Notes: generated by a model not told the origin, from the sequence alone. DNA of 6,442 nucleotides from Candidatus Heimdallarchaeota archaeon (GCA_030668875.1 DAOVER010000096.1:1-6442), one strand, 5' to 3'. Shown: positions 1 through 6,285, numbered from the stretch's first letter. Program-made: numbers and translations.

Positions 1-89
1 TTATAGAGATTTTTTGCTTGATGACAAATTCTACTCAGTGCTGGATGATACTCCACTTCTATACGCTCTGCACGCAATACCTTTGCCAT
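1..89 (-). CDS. tnpB: TnpB-like RNA-guided endonuclease, N-terminal 29 codons only (runs off window edge)
   Basis: Manual translation of the minus strand from ATG at 89-87 gives MAKVLRAERIEVEYHPALSRICHQAKNLY(N/K), open to position 1. The 'xxERI...L..lCH.aKNLYN' pattern is what I recognise as the N-terminus of IS200/IS605/IS607 TnpB proteins. It is not in the ORF track (short, edge-truncated). The RuvC domain is not visible. Confidence 0.75.
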   Translation of the reverse strand, partial: MAKVLRAERIEVEYHPALSRICHQAKNLY

Positions 90-91
90 CC

Positions 92-119
92 ATAGTTAAC
101 CCAGAGTTCACTATAAAAA
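92..119 (-). promoter_or_regulatory. TATA-like box for tnpB overlapped by an imperfect inverted repeat
   Basis: Minus strand TTTTTATA (119-112) ends 23 nt before the tnpB ATG, which fits a leaderless archaeal transcript. Inverted repeat ATAGTTAAC(92-100)-CCAGA-GTTCACTAT(106-114) has 8/9 pairs. Confidence 0.45.
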
Positions 120-150
120 CACCCGTACTATCACTAAAATGTTACTCAAT

Positions 151-369
151 TTACACCCTAATAAGACAAAAAGACAAAAGCATATTATAAATTGACCATA
201 CAATAAATACAATAGTAATCATACCAACATCGAGTTTGATTACAGAAAAGTAAAAAGTAAAAATCATAAAGGTAAAACCTTGATAAGCAACTTGATCTGC
301 TATTACACCTGCCCCATATGCAAGATTTCTACCTAGAGGTACTTCAAGTTCCATAAATACTTTTTCCAT
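151..369 (-). pseudogene. Truncated MFS transporter, GPH (glycoside-pentoside-hexuronide:cation symporter)-like; N-terminal 62 aa only
   Basis: 'VPLGRNLAYGAGVIADQVAYQGFTFMIFTFY...ITIVFIVWSIYN' matches the TM1-TM2 start of MelB/GPH-type carriers. The expected continuation (A-x-N-D-P...G..SD...GRR) is replaced by MLLSFCLIRV-stop. An MFS carrier should be about 400-470 aa. Confidence 0.75.
163..180. repeat. Short tandem direct repeat (AAGACAAA)x2 + AG
   Basis: AAGACAAA at 163-170 and 171-178, immediately next to the inferred insertion junction. Confidence 0.6.
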
Positions 370-433
370 TTAGCTTTATTAAAAAACTTGTTCAGAAATT
401 TTAATCAAAAGAGGAAGAAAATTTGAATATAAA

Positions 434-874
434 TTAAAACAAAGGTAGCATATTAAGGTAAATAACAAATGCAAATAATGGAGCTATTAAGATAAAAATA
501 ATCAAGTAATATATCCATGCTTTCTGACTGAAATCTACTGGAGTAGTTCCAACAAATTGAGCCCAATTAGATAAAATATCATTAGGAATGTTCCATTGTA
601 AACCAAAACCAAATTTCAAGTTGACATGAATTTCTACTAAGGTATTCTTATTTTCAGTTAAACCATGATAGATAATAATTCTATAGCGTTCTCCATATGA
701 ACTTATAAAAAAGCCCATCTTCATCCCTCTTTCCACATCAATAATGCTATAGGATTCATTTGGATTATAGTTCATTGCCCGAATAATACCATTTCCTGAA
801 TTCCAGAAATTAACTGTCATATTTAACACTTCATCTGGTAATCTTGGTACTTTATAACGGAATGATTTTCCCAT
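434..874 (-). CDS. Hypothetical protein, soluble N-terminal domain plus one C-terminal transmembrane helix
   Basis: 146-aa ORF with hydrophobic tail WIYYLIIFILIAPLFAFVIYLNMLPLF. SD-like AGGAGATGAT (888-879) overlaps the upstream stop codon; 11-nt gap. Confidence 0.7.
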   Translation of the reverse strand: MGKSFRYKVPRLPDEVLNMTVNFWNSGNGIIRAMNYNPNESYSIIDVERGMKMGFFISSYGERYRIIIYHGLTENKNTLVEIHVNLKFGFGLQWNIPNDILSNWAQFVGTTPVDFSQKAWIYYLIIFILIAPLFAFVIYLNMLPLF

Positions 875-885
875 AAAATCATCTC

Positions 886-2718
886 CTAGAGTGTTTCTTC
901 ATTTTTTTGTTTTAAGTATTCTTCTCTTTTCTCTTTCATATAAACTGGAATAGGTACATCCCACCAGCCCCATGCAGGTGAACCAGTATATTTAGGGTCT
1001 CTGTTAACCATAATCTCAACTATTGCAGGTCCTTCTTGATTAAAAGCTTCTTCCAGTGTAGGTTTTATTTCTTCTGTTCTAGAAATTCTTCGACTCCAGC
1101 ACCCAAACCCTTTCGCAATAGCTGCAAAATCAGGTGTGTAAGACTCACCTTTATGGTTCTTGAACTCTGTAGCATATCCGCGTTCTTCTCCATAGACAGC
1201 TCTTTGTAAATCAGTGATTGCAACCCATCCAGCATTATTTAGAATTACAACAACTACATTCAAATTCAGCTGTTTAGCTGTATGCAATTCCTGCATTGTC
1301 ATCATGAAATCTCCATCACCGACAAGCCCAATAACTTGCTTGTGAGGTTGTCCAAGTTTTGCTCCAATAGTAGCAGGTAAAGTAAATCCCATAGTGGAGA
1401 ATCCTCCAGCTGTTATGCAAGTATAAGGTTCATAAAATTCAAACTCTTGAATTAATTGAGCTTGAACATTACCTGAACTTGTTACAACAACCGCATCTCT
1501 TTTCAAAAATTCTCGTACTTCTTTTAATACACAAGAAATCATGACAGGTTTCAAAGAAGGAATTCTCCAATCATTAACAAACTTTAACCATTCTTCTTTT
1601 CGTTGATGAATTTCATTGAAATAGAAAGATGTGAGATAATTTACTGGAGTGAAATGATGTCTTAAAACATCCAACATATCACCCAATACAGCTTTAGCAT
1701 CTCCCACAATTCCCACATCTGTTGGATAATTTTTCCCAATTTCATTGGGGTCTATATCCACATGAATCAATCTTGTATCATTTATTCCATTACCAAAATT
1801 CCAAGCTATCCCCTTTCTATAAGAACATGTAGATTCATCTGCAAATCTTGTCCCAATAGCTAGAACAACATCAGCTTCGCTACTAAGCTGTATTCCCATT
1901 TTTGTTCCTTTCGATCCTGTTGCCCAACCAAAGAGAGGGTGATCATTTGGAAATGCATCCTTTGCCATCATTGATGCAAGTACGGGAGCGCCTGTGAATT
2001 CAGCTATTTCCTTAACTTCTTCAAAAGCTTTGGATGCTACTACTCCTCCACCTATCCAAACAACAGGTCTTTTTGCACTCATTAGCATCTCTGCTGCAAG
2101 TTTAATATGGTCTATATCTCCCCTTATCTTAGATGTTGATCTTCTTTTTTCAGGAATAGGTACTTTTCCCTTGGCATAATCGCATTGAACATCCATTGGT
2201 AAATTGATATGAACTGGACCTTTTCTTCCTGTGAGCATTATGTTGAAAGCTCTCTGAATAACCTTGGGAGCTTGATCAGCTGATGATAACTCAAATGATC
2301 TCTTCACTATCGATTCAAGTATTCTAGGCATTGAACTATCCTTTCTTCTTTCAATTTCTTGAAGCACACCAACGCCTCTCATATGTACATGAGTGTCTCC
2401 AGTAAGAACTAAAACAGGCATTGAATCAACATATGCATCTGCCAGCCCTATTGCTGTATTTATTGCTCCAGGACCAATACTTGTAAAAACTGCTAATGGT
2501 TGCCCAGTTACTCTATAATAACCTACAGCCATGTGAACACCAGCCATTTCTTGTTTAGGTTGAATAACTCTTATCTTATCTTGATATTTGTATAAGGCAT
2601 CAGTGAAACCTAAACATCCATGACCAGGAATGCCAAAGATATAAGGAAGACCCTCTTTAATGAGATATTCTATGATAACTTCAGATCCAGTTAGTTCAGA
2701 CTTTTTTGCTTCAACCAT
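886..2718 (-). CDS. Thiamine-diphosphate-dependent enzyme (AHAS/POX superfamily), IolD-like (trihydroxycyclohexane-1,2-dione acylhydrolase-like)
   Basis: N-terminal FGIPGHG, catalytic Glu in KQEMAGVHMA, SIGPGAIN, GPVHINLPMDVQ and ThDP/Mg motif GDGDFMM...VILNN. The GHG loop, GD...VLQEIE segment, GW-x-AI-x-DLQ and C-terminal WWDVP resemble IolD more than acetolactate synthase. The family call is strong; the substrate is tentative. Confidence 0.85.
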   Translation of the reverse strand: MVEAKKSELTGSEVIIEYLIKEGLPYIFGIPGHGCLGFTDALYKYQDKIRVIQPKQEMAGVHMAVGYYRVTGQPLAVFTSIGPGAINTAIGLADAYVDSMPVLVLTGDTHVHMRGVGVLQEIERRKDSSMPRILESIVKRSFELSSADQAPKVIQRAFNIMLTGRKGPVHINLPMDVQCDYAKGKVPIPEKRRSTSKIRGDIDHIKLAAEMLMSAKRPVVWIGGGVVASKAFEEVKEIAEFTGAPVLASMMAKDAFPNDHPLFGWATGSKGTKMGIQLSSEADVVLAIGTRFADESTCSYRKGIAWNFGNGINDTRLIHVDIDPNEIGKNYPTDVGIVGDAKAVLGDMLDVLRHHFTPVNYLTSFYFNEIHQRKEEWLKFVNDWRIPSLKPVMISCVLKEVREFLKRDAVVVTSSGNVQAQLIQEFEFYEPYTCITAGGFSTMGFTLPATIGAKLGQPHKQVIGLVGDGDFMMTMQELHTAKQLNLNVVVVILNNAGWVAITDLQRAVYGEERGYATEFKNHKGESYTPDFAAIAKGFGCWSRRISRTEEIKPTLEEAFNQEGPAIVEIMVNRDPKYTGSPAWGWWDVPIPVYMKEKREEYLKQKNEETL

Positions 2719-2744
2719 AGTATTCAGTATCTTGTTGTTTTTGC

Positions 2745-2762
2745 TTTTATAATTGTTTTTCT
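2745..2762 (-). promoter_or_regulatory. BRE/TATA promoter for the ThDP-enzyme operon (probably leaderless)
   Basis: Minus strand GAAAAACAA-TTATAAAA; TATA at 2752-2745 ends 27 nt before ATG 2718, and there is no SD-like motif before the ATG. Confidence 0.6.
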
Positions 2763-2784
2763 CATAAATTCAATGTTTTAATTC

Positions 2785-2809
2785 TTGCAAGTCATATATA
2801 ACTGTGCAA
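2785..2809. promoter_or_regulatory. Imperfect inverted repeat, candidate operator
   Basis: TTGCA-AGT-c-ATATAT-a-ACT-g-TGCAA, with one mismatch and one bulge, centred on a second TATA-like sequence. Confidence 0.35.
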
Positions 2810-2858
2810 ACAAATGTATAGTCACCAATGATAATATTAATTCAGTAATTAGTGATTC

Positions 2859-2876
2859 AAAAAAAAGAAAAGAAAA
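2859..2876 (-). terminator. Oligo-T archaeal-type terminator after trmB
   Basis: Minus strand TTTTCTTTTCTTTTTTTT begins about 17 nt after the TGA at 2895-2893. Confidence 0.6.
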
Positions 2877-2892
2877 TGAATAATTTGCAACT

Positions 2893-3723
2893 TCATCTTA
2901 ATTTTAACTCACTAATCTTCAAACCAAGATTCTGTAAACTATCTAGTACACTTGAAATCAGTTGTAATTGAGCATGCAAAGCTATTGGATGTTTAACGTT
3001 GATTAAAACTTGTCCAAATGTGTCAATGGATGGGAAAACCAGATTCATAGAAGAACAAGAATTTTTCTCAAAGTCAACATCAACGTAGAATACACTTAGC
3101 TTTCGTGCAAGTAAATCCTGAAATGCTTCATTTTTTATTAGCTTTCTTAATGTAGGTATCTTTTGTAACCTTTCACTAGATTGTAAATGTAAAATATCTA
3201 TCTTCGGACTCAATTTCTTTCGCTCTTTCAACAAATTCTGGATCGTTTCTTCATCTTCTGAGCTTAAAAGAAGAAAAATAATATTTGTTTGCATATTATC
3301 GATTAGATTCTTTAATCCTGCATAAACAGCCCTTTTTCCTTCAAAATAGGAAAAAAGATCTTCAACATCCCTAGTACGTTGTTCTTCTTTGACTTGTTCA
3401 AAATATTTATTGGCAACTTTTAGTTTTGATTGAAATTCACTCTCTAGCGATTCAATAACAATTTCATAAGGAACTGCCATAAAAGTATCAGGAATACCTT
3501 CTTTCTCTTGTCTGGTAACAAAAGTTCGCTCAACCAATCTTTCTAGAAAGCCATAAACTTTAGGTTGAGGAACAGCTGCTAAACGAGCTATTGTTGATGC
3601 GTGAGTTGGTCCCATACCTACTAAAGATGTATATGTTTTAGCTTCACCAAGTGCTAAACCAAGACTCGAAAGTGCTCTGATTGCATCTTCTTTAGAAAAA
3701 GAAGGGGGAGATTTTGTGTCCAT
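2893..3723 (-). CDS. trmB: TrmB-family transcriptional regulator
   Basis: N-terminal winged HTH LSSLGLALGEAKTYTSLVGMGPTHASTIARLAAVPQPKVYGFLERLVERTFV is typical of TrmB, followed by a coiled helix and a roughly 150-aa C-terminal effector-domain-sized region. AGTGAT lies just upstream of the ATG; 9-nt gap after the permease stop. Confidence 0.85.
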   Translation of the reverse strand: MDTKSPPSFSKEDAIRALSSLGLALGEAKTYTSLVGMGPTHASTIARLAAVPQPKVYGFLERLVERTFVTRQEKEGIPDTFMAVPYEIVIESLESEFQSKLKVANKYFEQVKEEQRTRDVEDLFSYFEGKRAVYAGLKNLIDNMQTNIIFLLLSSEDEETIQNLLKERKKLSPKIDILHLQSSERLQKIPTLRKLIKNEAFQDLLARKLSVFYVDVDFEKNSCSSMNLVFPSIDTFGQVLINVKHPIALHAQLQLISSVLDSLQNLGLKISELKLR

Positions 3724-3732
3724 TTAATCACT

Positions 3733-4890
3733 TTAATCTCTCATTCTATTCCTTACAGTTAGAACTGCTAGCACAAAGAATAGTATACACATCCCAGCAA
3801 CAACAACAAAATCTACCCAGAGTTCTGCGAAACCCCATCCTTTAAGCATTATCCCTTCAAATAAGTTGATTCCATATGTCAATGGAACAAGGTAAGATAA
3901 TGGTTGTAACCAGACGGGTAAGCTAACAATTGGTACTAACATTCCTCCTAAAGCCATACTTGGAATAGCTGTTAGTGGAGCAAATTGTATTGCTTGCAAT
4001 TCATTCTGTGCAAAGTTTGCTAAGAAGACTGCCATGAATACATGAGCTATACCAAATAGAGTAGCAGCGAATATAAGCAAGAAGACATTTCCTTGAACTC
4101 TAGCTCCAAATATGAATACTCCAAAGATTAAAACCAGTGTTATCATTAATAGGGCAATAAATAACAAACCTATAACATAGCCCAATAATCTCTCTGAAGA
4201 TCTTAATGGTGTTGCATAGAGACGATCTTCTGTCCCCTGTATTTTTTCTCTTGTAACGGTTATTACACCTACTATGACTAGAAGAAATATCAGAACAAAT
4301 GCAATAACAGCGGGAATACCAACATCTATGCCTGTAAACTCTGCTCCCTCATGTGCTAGTATTTGCACAACATTTATTCCTGTTTCCCCCATGGCTTCAT
4401 CCAGGGCGTCATGAATCGCTCCTAGTATGCTAGCGCGCACCTGGGGTTTTGTTGCATCAACATATATGAAAAGACCACCAGAAATATCATCTCCCATGAA
4501 CATTCGGATAATGTTTTCAGAGAAATTTTCTGGTATAAGAACCGCAGCATAGAATCTGCCACGTTCAACTAAATCAATGCCTTCAGTATAATCACCATCA
4601 GTTATATCGACGCTATTGTCTGCCTGAAGAGCTTCTGAAAGATTTAAGCCAAAGTTTATGCTCATATATTCCACATCCTGATTATCAAGAATAATTGGAA
4701 CATTATTCACTTCTCCACTGAATGCTAAACCAAATATTAGCATAATAGCAATAGGAACTACAATTAGTAAACCTAAAGTTCTTCTATCTCTTCGGAACTG
4801 ATTCATGGTTCTAGATGCAATTGCCATAGTTCTTCTGAATGAAAAATTCAGGTTTTTAGGAAGTATTTCATTCTTATCTTTTTTACTCAT
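3733..4890 (-). CDS. ABC-2 type exporter permease (one N-terminal TM, extracytoplasmic domain, five C-terminal TMs)
   Basis: 'RTMNQFRRDRRTLGLLIVVPIAIMLIFGLAF', 'SITREK..GT.DRL..TPL' and 'QPLSYLVPLTYGI' are ABC-2 permease patterns. ATG 4890 (MSKKDK) is preferred over the track's GTG 4908 because it has GGAGAG upstream and overlaps the ATPase stop by 8 nt. Confidence 0.88.
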   Translation of the reverse strand: MSKKDKNEILPKNLNFSFRRTMAIASRTMNQFRRDRRTLGLLIVVPIAIMLIFGLAFSGEVNNVPIILDNQDVEYMSINFGLNLSEALQADNSVDITDGDYTEGIDLVERGRFYAAVLIPENFSENIIRMFMGDDISGGLFIYVDATKPQVRASILGAIHDALDEAMGETGINVVQILAHEGAEFTGIDVGIPAVIAFVLIFLLVIVGVITVTREKIQGTEDRLYATPLRSSERLLGYVIGLLFIALLMITLVLIFGVFIFGARVQGNVFLLIFAATLFGIAHVFMAVFLANFAQNELQAIQFAPLTAIPSMALGGMLVPIVSLPVWLQPLSYLVPLTYGINLFEGIMLKGWGFAELWVDFVVVAGMCILFFVLAVLTVRNRMRD

Positions 4891-5638
4891 CGATAATCTC
4901 TCCTTCACTTAATTTTATGAAAATCTCCTCTATAGTGGAAGCATTGTGTTCTTTCTTCAACTCCATAGGAGTTCCTTCTGCAATCAATTTTCCAGCTCTC
5001 ATCAAACCAATCCTATCTGCTCTTTCAGCTTCATCCATAACGTGCGAGGTAATTACGAGAGTAATACCTTCGTCTTTAAGTGATCTAAAATATTCCCAGA
5101 AAAAGGTTCTAAGAACAGGATCTACGCCAACAGTGGCTTCATCAAAAAACACTATTCTAGGAGAATGTATCAAAGCACAAGCTATACTAGCTCTTCTTTT
5201 CATTCCACCAGATAGGTTCTTAACCAAAACTTTTCTTTTCTCTTCCAAACGCAGAATTTTAAGTAATTCATCATATCTTGGAGAAAATTCAGCTTTGGTC
5301 ATCCCGTATAATTGAGAGAAAAAGCGAACATTTTCTTCGAGACTTAAATCATGATAAATAGAATAATCTTGAGGAGCCATTCCAATATGATTTGAAATCA
5401 AGCGTCTTTTTTCCGGAATATCATACCCAAGCACTTTAATGCTTCCTGAAGTTGGGAATAATGCCCCACTTATCATGTTTAATGAAGTTGTTTTTCCACT
5501 ACCATTTGCACCAATAAGTGCATAGATCTCACTCTTCCTTATTTTCAGATTTAAACCATCTACTGCTTTTACTTTCCCAGTTTTGTATATTTTTACCAAA
5601 TCTGTTGTTTCTATGACATACTCACTCTGAGTAGCCAA
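4883..5638 (-). CDS. ABC transporter ATP-binding subunit (exporter type)
   Basis: Walker A GANGSGKT, signature LSGGMKRR, Walker B IVFFDE, D-loop GVDP and H-loop SH. TTG start at 5638 is preceded by SD AGGTGAT (5648-5642). Confidence 0.93.
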   Translation of the reverse strand: MATQSEYVIETTDLVKIYKTGKVKAVDGLNLKIRKSEIYALIGANGSGKTTSLNMISGALFPTSGSIKVLGYDIPEKRRLISNHIGMAPQDYSIYHDLSLEENVRFFSQLYGMTKAEFSPRYDELLKILRLEEKRKVLVKNLSGGMKRRASIACALIHSPRIVFFDEATVGVDPVLRTFFWEYFRSLKDEGITLVITSHVMDEAERADRIGLMRAGKLIAEGTPMELKKEHNASTIEEIFIKLSEGEIIDE

Positions 5639-5667
5639 TTTATCACCTTCTTTATAAAGTAAATAAA

Positions 5668-5732
5668 TACTACTACCTTTAGTAGTAGTTGCTAACTAAT
5701 AAGTGTTTTGTATACAAGTATTACTTAAGTAA
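5668..5732. promoter_or_regulatory. Cluster of palindromes rich in TACT/AGTA half-sites, candidate TrmB operators
   Basis: ACTACTAC-N5-GTAGTAGT (5669-5689, perfect 8-bp arms), TTGTATACAA (5708-5717), AAGTA-T-TACTT (5716-5726) and TTACTTAAGTAA (5721-5732, perfect 12-mer). Confidence 0.55.
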
Positions 5733-5758
5733 AAAGTCTATTAGTCAAGGATTAGTTC

Positions 5759-5773
5759 GATAAACTTAATAAA
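5759..5773 (+). promoter_or_regulatory. TATA-like box for the 5795 ORF
   Basis: GATAAAC-TTAATAAA; the TATA-like element (5766-5773) ends about 22 nt before ATG 5795. Confidence 0.45.
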
Positions 5774-5794
5774 TTTACAACAATTGTCTTACTA

Positions 5795-6241
5795 ATGGAA
5801 TTCAATGAGAATACTAAAGAAAGTTCACAGAATAAATTGCAGGTATCACCGAATATCTTCAAAATTATTTCACTCATAGTTATTGGTATGACAGGTTTCT
5901 TATCTGGATTTGAACCATTTGGAGGAATTTTGCTCTTGCTAATTGATGCTGTGTACTCGCAGCTCATACAGATTATTAGTATTGTTGGTTACATATGTGC
6001 AACTTGCGCATTTATAACAATAGTAATTACAGTGATTTTCAAGGAAAATAGTTGGGTTTTTACAATATTATCTTTTATCACAGCAATTCTCGGTTCTCTT
6101 CAATTCTCCATATTTGCTGTTTCTCCCTTTGGAGAATATTCATTTACTCATTTCCAATATGTTATCCCATTTTTCACTAGCATTCTTTCAATATTATTTG
6201 TCTATTTGCATATAATAATAACAAAAAGAAGGAAGAAATAA
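5795..6241 (+). CDS. Hypothetical integral membrane protein (about 4 TM helices)
   Basis: 148-aa ORF with a polar N-terminus, four long hydrophobic stretches and a basic C-terminal tail (TKRRKK), consistent with positive-inside topology. Confidence 0.72.
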   Translation: MEFNENTKESSQNKLQVSPNIFKIISLIVIGMTGFLSGFEPFGGILLLLIDAVYSQLIQIISIVGYICATCAFITIVITVIFKENSWVFTILSFITAILGSLQFSIFAVSPFGEYSFTHFQYVIPFFTSILSILFVYLHIIITKRRKK

Positions 6242-6285
6242 TCATTTAGATACCTTAACACTTCTTTATTCAAAGCTTAACGGGT

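Larger units (their letters stand above)
1..186 (-). mobile_element. Left part of a putative tnpB-carrying insertion sequence (IS200/IS605 IS1341-like, or IS607-derived) inserted in the MFS gene
   Basis: MFS homology stops abruptly near 184, followed by about 95 bp of non-coding DNA with a hairpin and direct repeats, then the tnpB-like ORF. There is no room for tnpA between the junction and tnpB. The left boundary is uncertain (about 176-191). Confidence 0.65.

Noticed and set aside
90-186. IStron (group I intron-IS hybrid) that could splice out and restore the transporter mRNA
   Set aside because: Only about 95 nt separate the junction from the tnpB start, far too short for a group I intron core.
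2-190. Open plus-strand frame (YRDFLLDDKF...RQKDKSIL-stop); considered as a divergent tnpA remnant
   Set aside because: It overlaps the tnpB-like ORF antisense, would have to start inside tnpB, and shows no HUH/Y1 or serine-recombinase motif.
1994-2179. 61-aa plus-strand ORF in the track
   Set aside because: Antisense shadow fully inside the well-supported ThDP enzyme gene.
886-2718. Annotation as acetolactate synthase large subunit (ilvB)
   Set aside because: AHAS-type motifs (PGGA, GQV...TDAFQE, RFDDR) are replaced, and no ACT small subunit or other ilv gene is adjacent. Not fully excluded without a phylogeny.
4891-4908. Track start for the permease at GTG 4908
   Set aside because: ATG 4890 has an SD-like GGAGAG and a typical short overlap with the ATPase stop; the extension lies within ATPase coding sequence.
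4917-5315. 132-aa plus-strand ORF in the track
   Set aside because: Antisense shadow inside the ABC ATPase gene, with no recognisable motifs.
5651-5658. Perfect TTTATAAA as the TATA box of the ABC operon
   Set aside because: Only 12 nt from the TTG start, so transcription would begin inside the CDS and exclude the SD; the real promoter probably lies further upstream.
5668-5732. CRISPR array or omegaRNA-like repeat interpretation of the palindrome cluster
   Set aside because: There are no regularly spaced 25-40 bp direct repeats with unique spacers here or elsewhere in the window.
5752-5967. 71-aa minus-strand ORF in the track
   Set aside because: Antisense to the membrane-protein gene and its promoter; no supporting features.
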